DNA of 64,000 nucleotides from Octopus vulgaris (GCA_951406725.2 OX597814.1:217062001-217126000), one strand, 5' to 3'. Shown: positions 1-13,810, counted from the stretch's first letter. The notes: generated by a model from the letters alone, not told the origin. Made by a program: numbers and translations.

Positions 1-179
1 TGCATATGCCTATAAATGTTATATGTAAATGAAACGGATTTGACACTCAACATATGAATGACACCTACTGTGTCAAAAAGTTATATATTTTCATTTGAAT
101 TGCAGTGATGTTAGGGAAAATTCTACCATCTCACATTGGATATGCATACATACATACATACAAACACACATACAAATAT

Positions 180-455
180 AGGTGCAGCTTTAGCTCTGTG
201 GTTAAGAAGCTTGCATGGCGCCTAGAGCAATTGTCTGTTGTTATAGCCTCAGGTTGACCAAAGCCTTGATTGGATTTGGTAGAAGGAAACTGAAAGAATT
301 ATGATGTGCATGCGTGTGCCTATTAGTGTCTGTCTCCACCACTGCTTGACTTAATGTGTACTAGGGTTGACTTGTTCAACTAGGTGCCCCAGCATGGGTG
401 GTGCCCCAGCATGGCTACAGTTCAATGACTGAAACAAGTCAAAGATAAAAGACTA
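180..455 (+). mobile_element. Degenerate SINE, family A (tRNA head + CORE-like block + GTGCCCCAGCATGGC...CTGAAAC tail)
   Basis: Diverged match to the young copy at 11823-12232 (GACCAAAGCCTTG..GGATTTGGTAGAAGGAAACTGAAAGAA; tail CAGCATGGCTACAGTTCAATGACTGAAACAAG). Confidence 0.7.
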
Positions 456-1547
456 AAGAAGAGCCAAGAATATCAGCCCAGGACTGTTAGGGCATCAGAT
501 GAGTTACTTTCAGGGATCTGTTACAGCTTTTTAGAGATCTGTTTCCATTTTTCACATTTTGAGTTCTAATTTCCAAGGTGCAGAATTGGCAAGAGCAAAT
601 CACTCGACCACAGGATCACCCTGTCCAACCTGCCAGTGGCCAGTATAGACTGGCAGGCTCGCAGTCATCTTAGACAGCCCAGCAATGGCATGATGACGTT
701 TCATCAAGCTTTTGTTAGAAAATAATTGGATGGAAAGTGTATCTAAAACTACATTATGTCAAGTGTCCTTTACTTTATCAAGATAGCAGAATGTGATTAG
801 AGGGAGATCTGGTTGTTATTCATAGCATTTCATTGGCTCATATATGCATTCCATTATGGGACATGTTGTAAGAGTTGTTCTATATACGAAGACTGATTCA
901 AAACACTTTATCCTTGCACTTTTCAAAATACATTAGACAATGAGAGAGCTTGTACATGGTCGCTTACTTTGTTAAGAATAGTAATGAAATCTCTTTTAAA
1001 TCACACCCAATTATTTTAAAAAGGAATGTCACACTGGATAATGTGATCCAAGGGACCTGGCAGAGACTTCCTTTAACATAAGTCTCCTTGAACAAGCTTG
1101 ACCTTAGCTAAACAATAAGCACTGGTCTCCCCCCCCCCAAAAAAAAAAATTTATTAAATAGATTTTAATTCTTCTAATTTAAAGAGAAATTCAAAAGATT
1201 TTCTAGCAATTCCCTATAGAAAATATTGGCATATATGTAATAGATTTGTTTGTGGAAAGTAGTAAATATTTTGTATTTAAATTAAGGTAACCAAGTAAAA
1301 AGACTGATTTAACAGTGTAAAATGAGAATGGTAAGGAAACTAGACATCTTATTCCTTGTCATACTGACAGCCACCACAGTAATGTTTTCTCCTCTATGTC
1401 TTTGAGACTGCTTCAGACAGGTGTTGGAATAAACAGACATAGGGGAGTGGTTGTGATGGGAGAGAATGTTAGAGTGTATGTGTGAGGGTACAAGATAAAG
1501 AGATAGAGTATGTGAATAAATAGTGAAGGTGAGAAATAGTGTGTGTG

Positions 1548-1580
<33 letters not shown>

Positions 1581-1899
1581 TGTGTGTGTGGCTAAACAAA
1601 TGTCAAGGTGAGTTACATGAATGGAAGTAACATTTAAAAATTTAAACTATATCAAAGAAATATAAAAAGTATGTATAGAAAAAAATTAGTTTAAGCAAAG
1701 TAAATATTAAGGAAGTGTGTGTGTGTGTGTAAAGAAAGAGAGAAAGAGAGGAAAGATAAGATTAAAATATAAACATTTGGAAATGAATCTAACAAAATAA
1801 AACCTTAGAAATCCTAAAAAGAATTCACCTCCTCCTCTAACAAATACCTCAACCACATTCAAAACTATAATTAATGTATTATGATTAATGAGGCCTTAC

Positions 1900-2111
1900 C
1901 TCGATCTTGTTGCTTGCAACTCAGCTTTGAAGTAATTATAGCTCTATAAAATTGTGGTCTTTCTGATATAAATTATGGTTTTGATGGAATGTTAGAGAGA
2001 TTTGGCACTAAAATGCAATGTAGCATTTATAGTACCATCATGCCACATGGTTTTGGCTAGTCACCAACTTCAGCTCCGGGAATAAGTTCAAATAAGTTTG
2101 CTCACTGTTTT
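1900..2111 (-). other. Candidate non-coding exon
   Basis: Minus strand: CATTCTACAG| acceptor and GAG|GTAAGG donor around unique sequence. No open frame through it; the acceptor choice is uncertain. Confidence 0.3.
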
Positions 2112-2325
2112 CTGTAGAATGGACTAGGACTAATAAATGTATAATAAAAAGCTTTAACGCTTTGAAAGTTCATTGCCAAAATAAATTATACACCATACAT
2201 AGATAAACAAATATTGTTTTTAATAACATTTTGTCTAAAGTGGGAAAATTGTCTTCAGATGGGTAAATAAAATAATGCTATATGCACGCACATGTATGTG
2301 TGTATTTTTGTGTGTGTGTGTGTAT

Positions 2326-2601
2326 CCGCCTCGACTGGCTTCTGTGCCGGTGGCACATAAAAAGCACCAACCGATCGTGGCCAATGCCAGACGCCCCCCT
2401 CTGGCACCTGTGCAGGTGGCACATAAAAAGCACCCACTACACTCGCGGAGTGGTTGGCGTTAGGAAGGGCATCCAGCTGTAGAAACACTGCCAGATCAGA
2501 CTGGAGCCTGATGCAGCCCCTGGCTTCCCAGACCCCGGTCGAACCGCCCAACCCGTACTAGCGCGGAAAACAGACGTTAAACGATGATGATGATGATGAT
2601 G
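2326..2601 (+). mobile_element. SINE family C, 3' part with (GAT)n tail
   Basis: GGTTGGCGTTAGGAAGGGCATCCAGCTGTAGAAAC block and GACGTTAAACGATGATGAT tail. Close copies at 24768-25005(-), 36264-36397(+), 42326-42490(-), 51120-51372(-). Confidence 0.85.
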
Positions 2602-2612
2602 ATATATATATA

Positions 2613-5600
2613 TCAGGTCGCTCTTGAATGCTACTGGCATCATGTAATCTAGTACAACCTGTCATATGGTCGGGTCATCAGCAACTAAACTGGCAACCCC
2701 ACCAGGCTTGCTTGGTGAGGAGGGTGTTGTTGGACACCCTGCGGAATGAAAAATAAGACCTGTAAAAGGGCAGATGAACTTCTGAACAGTCACAAAATGT
2801 CTAAATATCTATATACCTTTTTTTCTTATATATATATTTTTACTTTTAGATATATATATATATATATATATATATTTTATATCTTTTAATTGCATATCTT
2901 TTACTTTTCTTTATACAATATTATTTATGTGATTCTTATTACCACATTGTACCTTTTTTTATTTTTTTATATGTATATATATACATATATATATGTGTGT
3001 ATATTTTTACTTTTATATACATATTTATATTTATTGCATACCTTTTGCTTTTTATTTTATTTATGAGCGACTCCCCGTTGGTTGCTGGAGTGATATTTGG
3101 TCACTTTATAGAGTGTTTGAATGTTGATTGGTATCTGGAATGGGATAGTTTACCTCATGGGCAGGTAGAAGCTCTTTAATTTTGGTTGGTAATCTACCTA
3201 AGAGAAGGAAATCTCTGAAATAAAACCTGAAGCCCTGGAAGCTCCTGGTTTTGTCAATTTCCATGTTACACTGGCAAAAGTCTTCTTGGGCCAATAGATG
3301 GGGTTAGCGCACTGCATGCTTCACCCACTGAAAATTATTCATCTGCACAGGTACTTCCTGTACTTCAAATCTTAGTAAAATCATTGAATTGGTTGGTTGG
3401 CAGAAACCTAAAAATACACTTGTAACTAACTCTAAAATGTCTCAAACAAATTCAGTAAAAGGCAAAAAAGGGCTTGGGAATGTCAGGAGAACAGGTCTGG
3501 CTCAGCAGGTATCCCAGTGTATCACCAGCTGGACCCAGTCATCATCCTGCCACTGTGATCAAACAATCTTCAATAAAAATAAAAATAAACATCCTTTGAA
3601 TTTTGGTTGTTGGAATGTGCACACACTTCTTGATGATAATTTCAACAAGAGGCCAGAAAGGAGTTCTGCACTTATTGCATGTGAGCTTAAGAAATATTCC
3701 CTTGATATAGTTGCACTCTCTGAAACTTGTCTCTCTGGTGAGGGTCAAGTAAATGAACCTACTTATGGATATACTATCTTTTGGAGAGGCCTACCTAAGG
3801 GTCAGCATAGAGAATCTGGTGTTGGGTTTGCCCTCAAGAATACATTAGCATCCTCCATTGCAGAGCTTGCAAGTGGTATATCTGAGCGGATCATGTCATG
3901 CCGTATTAAACTAACAAAAGGCAGGTTTCTTACCGTTGTTAGTATTTATGCACCAACAATGTCCCATCCTGATGAAACTGTAGGACAGTTTTATGATGAT
4001 CTAAGACAATTATTGAGGAAAGTACCAATTTCTGACAAGCTGGTCATATTGGGAGATTTCAATGCAAGAGTTGGAAAGGACTATGTTTCATGGCCTGTTT
4101 TAGGTCAACATGGGATTGGAAAATGCTATAAAAATGGAGAAGTTCTTTTGACGTTTTGTACTGAGAATAGTTTGTTTAAGGAGAAAAATAAATATAAAAC
4201 CACCTGGATGCACCCAAGATCTAAGCACTGGTATCACATAGATTATATTCTGATCAGAAAACGTGATATGAAAGATGTTTCTAGCGTTTGGGCGATGAGA
4301 GGGGCAGAGAGCTGGACTGACTATCATCTAGTGTGTGGAAAATAGATTTTACATAATGCCTAAAAATCGAGAGTCTGGCCCTAAGGTATCCAAAAAATTA
4401 AATGTTGCAAAATTTAAATTATCAAGCAACTTGCAAAGATTCCACGATGCTATAGAAAGTATCAGGATGACCCAAACAATCCATGGGAAGATTTCAAAAC
4501 AAAAGTATTTCAGGCTGCAAGTTCGTCAGGATTTAAATCACATAAGTCCAGTGATTGGTTCTCAGATCAGCAGAAATTCATGATCTACTTTTAGAAAAAC
4601 AAAACTTAGGCAATACACTTCTTTCTCAGTCCTTGAACCCCTACTCAAACCTTACAGAAAGCTGAAAGGGAAAGTGCAGACTGCTTTAAGGAAAATTAAA
4701 CAGGAATGGTGGAATGATAGAACAAAAGGGGCACAAGAAGCAGCTGATAGAAATGATGCCAAGGGTTTGTACTCTTATGTTAATGAGGTATATGGCCCAA
4801 AATCTTCTTCAATAGCTCCAGTGAGAACAGCAAATGGATGTTTGCTTTTGACTGACACCGTTTCTATTCATAAGCACTGGGTAGAACATTTTTCTGCACT
4901 TTTGACTAGACCATCATCCACTGACATGAGAACGACAGAAAAAATTGAACACCTTCCAAATATAAAAGAGATGGCATTTGAACCAACTCTAAATGACATT
5001 TATTTAGCTGTGAATAAGCTGAATAACAATAATAAGTCTCCAGGGTCTGATGGAATCTGTGCAGAAGTCTTGAAACCCTGAGGAGGGCATTTACATAAAA
5101 TACCGAACAACAGGGAATATTTTTAATGTGACCAGACTGAAATTCAAAACAAAGGATTTACTTCACTCGTTAGGGAACCTTTTTTATGCTGACGATTGCA
5201 ATCTTGTCAGTCATTCTGAAACAGGTCTGCAATCTCTTGTATCTGCATTTGACTCGGCTCGTGATGATTTGGGTTTGACCATTAACTTGAAAAGAACAGT
5301 TGTAATGCATCAACCTGCATGTGGTGCTGTTTGTAACCCCCTAAAAGTTTTCTAAAGGGAAAGTTCGTCTACCTTGGAAGCTCTGTTCAAAATGATGGAA
5401 ATCTTGATACAGAAATACAGTTGCAGACTCTAAGGGCAGCAAAAGCATTTGGTAGCTTGGAGTCACATGTTTGGTGCCAGCGACACATAAATAAGAATAC
5501 AAAGCTGGCTCTTTACAAATCATTTGTCTTACCATCCTTGTTGTATTCCTGTGAAACTTGGACTTGTTATGAAAGGCATTTTAAATTGTTAGAACAATTC

Positions 5601-6360
5601 CACAAAAAGTGCCTTCATCGCATTTTAAAAATGAAATGGAGTTCTTTTACTCCAAACACAGATGTCCTTGCTTCTGCAGGCATCACTTCAATTAAAGCTA
5701 TGATTTTGAGGAACTAAATGAGATGGTGTGGCCATATTGTTCAAATGGCAGATGAATGCATGCTGAAACGGCTGTTTTATGGTGAGCTTGCAGAGAGGAA
5801 ACACTATCGGCGTAGACCTAAAGAAAGGTTTAAGGACAGTATAGGGAGTACTATGAAGTTACTATGAAGTCACTGGGAATGGTTCCAGATATAGAAATCC
5901 TTGCTTCGGATCGAGTTGGATGGCAAACAAAGGTCTGGAGTGGAGTGAAAGCATTTGAAGGGGCCAGGATAACACAAATAAGGCTCAAAAGAGATCTAAG
6001 AAAGAATATAATGATCGGGAAGGTGAATGACAATGACCTTTTTGTGTGCACAGTCTGTGACAGACCATGCCTGTCATTTGCTGGCCTCAAATCTCATCTG
6101 CGAATGCATGGAAAACAAACCTCCACCAACTATTCTGCCTATATGTCTGTGCACACCTTTGAATGCAGTGTATGCTAGAGACATTTTAAGATCCACAAAG
6201 AGCAGAACTTATCTGCAGCTCTTGGTGGTCTAAATCAGAGGAGCAATCTATGTGGATGTCTTTTCAGAACATTGGTTTAAAAAGCCATATCAGATGCCAT
6301 GATGATGCTAAGGTATAGATACAGGAAGTGGTCAAACTCTGCATAAGGAGTAGACAACCA
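2613..6360 (+). mobile_element. RTE-clade (BovB-like) LINE, near full length, decayed, with internal RT deletion
   Basis: APE endonuclease, RT and C-terminal zinc-finger remnants in order; long 5' UTR; 3' end runs into (CA)n. The 5' boundary is approximate. Confidence 0.88.
3437..6318 (+). pseudogene. Disrupted endonuclease/reverse transcriptase polyprotein of the RTE LINE
   Basis: Motifs WNVHTLLD..RPERSSALIACELKKYSLDIVALSET, SIYAPT, LGDFNARVG, TWMHPRSKHWYHIDYIL, KSPGSDGICAEVLK, LFYADDC, LPSLLYSCETW, CTVCDRPCLSFAGLKSHLRMH; many stops and frameshifts. Confidence 0.92.
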
Positions 6361-7930
6361 TACACACACACACACACACACACATATATAACTACAGAAA
6401 AATAATGATTTCATTATTATGATTTCATATATATATGATTTCATATATATATATTACTTGTTTCAGTCATTAGACTGCAACCATGCTGGGACAATATCTT
6501 TGTAAAATGTCTTATTTTGTCAACCCCTGCACATTTGTAACACCCATGTATACATTGTTCTAGTGTGAATGCATCCCTGTGCTAAATAGAAAAAAAAATT
6601 ATTATTATTATTATTATTATTATTAATTGTTAGGAAAAACACCTTGCAGTATTTGTTTTAGCTCTTTAATTTCCAAGTTCAAATCACACAAAGATCAATT
6701 CTGATTGGTTATCTTATTGATGATAGAGAAATGAAAAGCAGTCAAGTGTTGGAGTTTGATTTAACTGACCACAGTACTTAACCGGACAATTTTGAAGTAG
6801 GGGACTAAACCAGTCCCTTCAAAATTCCATCCTCCTCCTCCTCTCCGGCTAATGCTGGGACCAATTAAATTTTGCTGGGATCCATAGAATTAAGTACCAG
6901 TCCAATACTAGGGATGATTCAATTATCTAATACCCTCTCTCATAAATTACTTGCTTTGTGTCTAGAATACAAGCAATAATTACTTGTATTAGTTCTAATG
7001 ACTGTGAATTCAGACTTGTATAGTTGATAATATGTTGATAATATAAAATCTTCATTTTGATATCAACATTAATGATTTATGGAGCCAATGTTAGTCTTGC
7101 TTTATATTTGTTCTGCCTAACACTGATTCTGTCTCATTCTCTTTTGCTTCCTTCCCCCCAGTCCCTGATCCTCTCACATGGTATTCATAACCAAGGCAAC
7201 TTCAGCCCTCATACATTTGTTTTACGTTGTTTTGCTATTTTCCCATGACCTTTGCAAGTCCTTAAGATCAATGTGACTTCAGTTTGAACTTCAGTAGGAG
7301 GAAATATGGATAGAGCAGGAATTCCAGAGCTTTACGGGTTGGGCAGAGGAGAGTGTTTAGTCCTAAGGCTATGAAGGTTAATAAAAATGGGATAAATGGT
7401 TGCACTGACTGGAGCTTGGGTGTTGGAGGTAGATGTAGATATTGGTGCAGGGGAAGGGGAACTCTTGTTTTTCATATATTGACTTTGTGAGTGTTTGTGG
7501 ACAAATAGAGGAGGAGGAGAATAAGAAACCCCAGTAAATGAGTTGCTATTTATCCACAAAATCAGTTTTCTATGTTCTTTTACATTCTGAGTTCAAATCT
7601 TGCCGAGATGATTATCTTTCAACATTTTGGGGTCAATAAAAATAAGTACCTGTTGATTCAACTGGATTGATATAATTAGCTGTTCCCCCTTGCAGGTATT
7701 TTGGCAGAGTTTCAGAATATCTCATGGCTCATAAGAAAAGAAAATGGTGGGGTTTTTCCCCTCCGTTTTTATGTATTTCTATATTTCACACAACAATAAT
7801 AATTATGATCTTTGAAACATATTTTTTCTATAAATTTCAATATTTTACATTTTTGCCCTCAACTTCCTTAACCTTTTCCTTACCAAAGAAGTATGGGGCA
7901 TCTATTTCAAAGCTTCCCTATTGTTTTTTT

Positions 7931-7997
<67 letters not shown>

Positions 7998-8545
7998 CAT
8001 GTATACTGTATTATAGATCCATTACAGCTAATCTTGCCAATCAGCTTTGCACAAGATATTACATAATCAGACAACTAGGAGTCACTGCAATGGAAAAAAA
8101 TTGGCAACTGCTCTCTGTTACCAGAGGTGAAGAAGTGTCAATGCTGGTTTGTATGTTGGGGTGGGGTGGGGGTGGTTATGATAGAGTAAACACATAAAAA
8201 TAAATAGATTACGGAAAAACAAAATAATTAAAAAAAGATATTAAAATTTTAGTCAACCTAGAATGGGTCAGAGCACCCCATTACTGATCATCATTCTTCT
8301 GAGAGGTAAAATTTATCCCTACTTGTTCTGTTAGAACTATACTGCAGAGAATCTCTCTCATATTGGTATTTTGGTGCAAAATGCACTTTTGTTTATATTG
8401 CTAGCAGGGAGATAAATCCCTGCTGTTTCCAGCACCAAGACTACCAGATCATGTAATCCAATGCCTTAACAATTCTGTCAATAACATTCCTTTCTTTTTT
8501 TAGTCAATGAGGACAATTACATACATTTCATTCATACATACAATA

Positions 8546-9066
8546 CCGTAAATCTTCGAGTTAGTCCGCCCTTGAGTATAATACGCTGGGGATTTTTAGA
8601 GGGCTGTACCTCTGAAAAACCTAAACCTTGTGTATAATACGCACCCATTCTCTAACTTGAGTCGAGGAGGTCTATATAACGTCCTTCGTTTGTGAAACTG
8701 TATACGGTAACGTCCTATGTTTATTATTGTATATATAACATAATGCAAATGGGTAGCTTTTTTGTGCATTTTGTTTGCAGAAAATAAAGAAATAACAGTA
8801 ATAACAGTAATAACGTTTAATAAATTTTGATTATTGCAAGTTATGGATGATTCTTTTATGACTTCATTGCTTTCAGGCTTAGTTTAAGGTATTTTTGTGC
8901 CCGACATCACAAAATGCGTCTGAATAAACATTGCCGGACAGCAAATAGAGACTCGGACATTGCTTAGAAAATAATTTTCATTTTTAACCTCGTATATAGT
9001 ACGCACTAGGGATTTTGACCGTTAAATTTTGGGAAAAAAATGCGGATTATACTCAAGGATTTATGG
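8546..9066. mobile_element. Tc2/pogo-like MITE
   Basis: TIRs CCGTAAATC(T/C)TCGAGT... / ...ACTCAAGGATTTATGG flanked by TA; second copy at 45886-46374. Confidence 0.85.
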
Positions 9067-9184
9067 TATTCGAAAAGTTAAAAAGGATACTTGCAAAGAC
9101 AGAGGAGTAGACTCAACAAGTTATCTAAAAATGGGAGAGGGGAAGGTAAAAGACATTACACAGTAAATGTTAGGACAAGTTTAA

Positions 9185-9404
9185 CCCTTTAGCATTCAGA
9201 TTACCCTGTCAAATGTAAAGCCCGTTTAATCACATTGTTTTAAATTAATTGTACAGCATCTTGCAACTCTGAGATTTTGATGATGTCCCTGTTTATTTTT
9301 AGAATGACTTTGTAGGGTAGGTGTGAGAGGTCAGAGCTGGCTGGTTTGAGCATATAACAGGAAGACAATTTTGGCCTGGTATGGCCGGTTTAAACACTAA
9401 AGGG
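9185..9404. mobile_element. piggyBac-type MITE, family P1 (~220 bp)
   Basis: TTAA|CCCTTTAG...CTAAAGGG|TTAA. About ten copies in the window (also ~12778-12982, 16568-16796, 23616-23835, ~24117-24302, 24616-25072, ~31610-31775, ~41640-41863, 48187-48616, 51002-51473). Confidence 0.85.
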
Positions 9405-9643
9405 TTAAAGATTATCTGGATAAAATATAAATGATTGTATAAAGATAATTAAAATTTTCATAGAAAGCCAAATATTTAAAACAAAATGTTATTTTTTCTA
9501 AACTTGAGCTCGCTTGATTGGTATAGAATAGTAGCCCACAACTTTGATCATCTTCACTCTCATCAGCTGTTGCTGAATGACATGTACAAATGATTTGCTT
9601 ATAGTGATCAAATATTTGTGCCACACATTAGTTCCCCCCACCA

Positions 9644-10770
9644 TCAGAGTGGTGGAATGCACCGCTTTATATTAACTTTACTGATTTTGAAAAAGCATTT
9701 GATAGAGTACAGAGGGAAGGCTTATCGAAAATTATGCAGCACTATGGCATACCAGACAAGTATATATCTCTAATAAGAGCAACTTACCAAGGAATGTCAT
9801 GCCAAGTTTTGCATGGAAACAGAGCTACAGATAAATTCGAAGTAAAAACAGGAGTTTGACAGGGCTGTACACTTTCTCCCTTTTTATTTCTACTAGTTAT
9901 AGATTGGATTATGAAGGAAACAATGATTGAAAGCCAAACAGGCATTGAATGGATGGATGCAGACGCTCTAGAAGATCTCAACTTTGCAGATGATATAGTG
10001 CTACTTTCACAAACATATAGCCAAATGCAAAATAAAACGTCAAAATTAGAAGCAATGGCTGCCAAACTAGGATTGAAAGTCAACCGCGACAAATCAAAAA
10101 TTATGTGCATTAATGAAGAAAGCAGTGAACGTATTAAACTAGAAACCAGTGAACTGGAGGATGTAGCCGAGTTTACATATTTAGGTAGTAAGATAATGTT
10201 TTCAGGTGGCACCGATGAAGATATTAAGACGAGAATAAGTAAGGCAAGGACCACTTTTCACCTGTTAAAAAAAGTATGGAGCACAAGTGTAATTTCAATA
10301 AAGAACAAAATAAGAATTTTTAACACAATCGTAAAAGCGGTGTTATTTGTATGGGGCTGAGACATGGTGAACAACAATTAAGTCAAATAATGAAATACAA
10401 TCATTTATCAACAGATGCTTGCAAAGTATTCTTAAAATTAGATGGCCCGAACATATAAGCAATATGGAGCTATGGCAAAGATCAAATCAAGTTTCGATTA
10501 GGGAGCAAATATTGAAGAAAAAGTGGAAGTGGATTAGTAGCACAATTAGAAAAGACACACCAAATGTAGCGAAAAGTGTTTTAAAGTGGAAACCAGTTGG
10601 ATATAGAAGGAGAGGTAAGCCTAAGAACTTGTGGCGGAGATCAACACAAAAGGAACTAGAGAAAGGGGGACATTCATGGCAGAGTATAAGTACAGAAGCG
10701 AAAAATTATGCGACATGGAATTCAATTATAAGTGGCCTATACTCCGCATTGGAGGGTTAAAGGCAGAAAA
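9644..10770 (+). mobile_element. 5'-truncated RTE-clade LINE (second lineage), RT and C-terminus
   Basis: WNAPLYINFTDFEKAFD..HYGIP..KTGV*QGCTLSPFLF..LEDLNFADD..FTYLGS..YGAETW..RRRGKPK..W; short A tail; probable TSD CCATCA (9641-9646 / 10786-10791); inserted into an older minus-strand SINE. Confidence 0.92.
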
Positions 10771-11174
10771 AAACCCAAAAAACCCCCATCAAATTGACAT
10801 TGCCTGAACAGGGGCATAGTATACCATATTTCAGGTGTTGTATAGCATATATCAGGTGTTGAAATGACTGTAGAGCAATGTGAGCTGAAGTGTTTTGCTC
10901 AAGAACACAATGCACCACCTGGTCTAAGAATTGAAACCTTAGTCACTAGGCCATGCATCCTCACACTCTCACATTACACTGTTTAGGTAGTGACATCTAT
11001 CATCCAAAAAGAATGCAAATGCCCAAGTTTCTCAGGTGTCAGAGCAAACAAGAAAAGGTATTATTTATTATTTACATAAAACATTTAGTAGACATAGAAA
11101 ATTAATCCAATACACTACAGCTTGGAGAAAAATGGTTCTTAAATCCTTTGTCTCTGGTAGAAATCTCCATAATA

Positions 11175-11535
11175 TCATTATCATTTTAACTTCCATTTTT
11201 TCATGCTGGCATGCATCGGATGGAGTTTACTGAGGTAGATTATCTACAGCCGGATGCCCTTCCTGTTGCCAACTCTCACCTGTTTCCAAGCAAGGTAATG
11301 TTTTCCCATGATCAGGCACATTTCCACAGGGAATTGGCAGTGATTCATTTACAACTATTATGTAATGTGATGACAAGGACAAACACAATAAATATATACA
11401 CTGAAGAACTTCTTTTGGTTTCTGTCTAAATCCACTCACATGGCTTTGGCCAATCTGGAGCTATAGTACTATTTGTTCATGCTGCCATGCAATGGAACTG
11501 AACCCAAAACCGCGTGGTTGGAAAGCAAACTTCTC
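11175..11535 (-). mobile_element. Hybrid SINE family E (family A head + family C-like 3' end)
   Basis: Reverse complement of the structure at 29843-30243, 33340-33765, 37580-38050 and 49224-49650. Confidence 0.65.
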
Positions 11536-11822
11536 AACTTTATTTTCTAGAGATCAAGATTTCACTAATAAAGTTACAGGGAAATAACAAAATGAAGAAA
11601 TTCTTAATCACTCTGAAAATCTGTCAACGCAAATTGTGGCCTTACCAGAGATTATCCTTACACGTATATACATGCGTATGTGATTGCGTGCGTGCGTGCG
11701 TGTGTGTGTAATGTCGAAAAAAATATTTACCATTTATTATTTCTTCTGTCAATTTAATTTATATGCTAATAGCGACTGAATAGTTTTGGAAATGTCTGTA
11801 TTCCTGATACTTCTTACATATA

Positions 11823-12232
11823 GGCGCAGGAGTGGCTGTGTGGTAAGTAGCTTGCAAACCAACCACATGGTTCCGGGTTCAGTCCCACTGCGTGGCACCT
11901 TGGGCAAGTGTCTTCTGCTATAGCCCCGAGCCGACCAATGCCTTGTGAGTGGATTTGGTAGACGGAAACTGAAAGAAGCCTGTCGTATATATGTATATAT
12001 ATATATATATGTATGTGTGTTTGTGTGTCTGTGTTTGTCCCCCTAGCATTGCTTGACAACCGATGCTGGTGTGTTTACGTTCTTGTCACTTAGCGGTTCG
12101 GCAAAAGAGACCGATAGAATAAGTACTGGGCTTACAAAGAATAAGTCCCGGGGTCGATTTGCTCGACTAAAGGCGGTGCTCCAGCATGGCCGCAGTCAAA
12201 TGACTGAAACAAGTAAAAGAGTAAACAGTAAA
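11823..12232 (+). mobile_element. Full-length young SINE, family A
   Basis: tRNA-like head with A/B-box-like motifs (TGGCTGTGTGG; GGTTCAGTCCC), ACCTTGGGCAAGTG CORE-like block, internal (TA)n/(TG)n, conserved tail ending AAGTAAAAGAGTAAA. Confidence 0.92.
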
Positions 12233-13189
12233 TAAGGGAAATAACTCGCGCTAAAAGTATTTGACAAGTTAATTACGAGCAACAAGGACGATATAAGTTT
12301 GTTCTCGATCTTCTCAGATATTGCTTTGTTTAAAAAGAGCCTGGATCAAACCTCACGCACATAGTTGTTATTTTTAATTGGCAGAATGTTACGAAAGTGA
12401 CTCAAGAGGCGAAAGTTTCGAGCTAACTTATATTCTGGAGCAAATGTTTTTACAGCTGTTTAACTAGTCAAGTGTGAAATAGAACTTTATAAACCTGTTT
12501 TCTTTTGTTCAGGCATGCGAAGTGGGGCAGATAGAGTTTTCTACCTTTGTTGAGTAGGAACAAAACAATTACTGTGGAATTTTTAAAAACTTAATAACGT
12601 CATGACCAGTCGTCCTGCGACCATAAAAACCTCACAGTCGTTGTGTAGGTCGTCACATCTATACGTATATAAAATTAAATGTGTTATAGGAATTGTTCTG
12701 GATTTTTTAAGTTCTGAATCCAAATCTCAATTAGCTCAACCCAGCCCTTCATCCTTCGGGGGTTGAGAAAATAACACTGTTGCATTAAGATTACTCTATC
12801 AAATGTAACGCTTATTTATTCACACTGCTTGAAATTAATCATGTATTATCTCATAGTTTCAAGATTTCGATGATGAAATTTTAGAATGACATTATAGTTT
12901 ATGTGTGAAAGACCAGGTCTGGATGGTTTGAATATAAAACAAAATATTTAGGCCAGATATGGCCAGTTTAAATGCTAAAAGGTTAAACTATCAGTCAAGA
13001 ACAGGGGTCAATGTTTTCAACTAAACCACAATCATCTACAAGCTGCTGACCTTAAAACAGAAACAACTATTAACCCACCTTGGTTATTTTTACTTTGATT
13101 TTGATTGATAACTGGGCAGCACCATACACACACACAAATGCATGCATAACACACATATATACATATACACATACAATTAAGGAATAAAT

Positions 13190-13810
13190 CAAAGTTTCTC
13201 AACCATTTTTTTACCTCTGGACCCCTTTGATTCCCATTTTATCCAGATGGACACTCCTTGCCTTTTGAAGTTTAAAAAATCAGATATCTTTATAATTAAA
13301 TATTATTAGGAATTTTATTTTAGAAGATAGTTAAAATATTTTGTGTTATAGTAAAAGTATAACTAATTTATTGCACATAAGCATATAGGCGTAGGAGTGG
13401 CCGTGTGGTAAGTAGCTTGCTTACTAACCACATGGTTCTGGGTTCAGCCCCACTGCATGGCACCTTGAGCAAGTGTCTTCTACTATAGCCTCGGGCTGAC
13501 CAAAGCCTTGTGAGTGGATTTGGTAGACGGAAACTGAAAGAAGCCCATCATATATATGTATATATATGTGTGTGTGTGTGTGTTTGTGTCTGTCCCCCCA
13601 ATATCACTTGACAACCGATACTGGTGTGTTTGGCAAAAGAGACTGATAGAATAAGTACTAGGCTTACAAAGAATAAGTCCTGGGGTTGATTTGCTCGACT
13701 AAAAGCAGTGCTCCAGCATGGCCACAGTCAAATGACTTAAAAAAAGTAAAAGAGTAAAAATATAAATTTTGACAATGAAATCTTCTATGGACTCCAGTTG
13801 AGAATCCCTG
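13190..13810. mobile_element. hAT/Charlie-like MITE interrupted by a family A SINE
   Basis: Ends CAAAGTTTCTCAAC / GTTGAGAATCCCTG; MITE sequence resumes after the SINE. Confidence 0.6.
13388..13760 (+). mobile_element. SINE family A
   Basis: Colinear with 11823-12232. Confidence 0.9.

Noticed and set aside
2613-2800. Possible HDV-like ribozyme at the RTE 5' end
   Set aside because: Hairpins are present (GGGTGT/ACACCC; CAGGTC/GACCTG), but I could not assemble the nested double pseudoknot. An RNArobo or Infernal search would decide.
9784-10254. 156-aa minus-strand ORF
   Set aside because: Antisense shadow of the LINE RT frame.
11814-12235. Recurrent short ORFs (MSSNARGTNT.., MTTDAGVFT..) at several loci
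   Set aside because: Chance frames within SINE family A copies, not a gene family.
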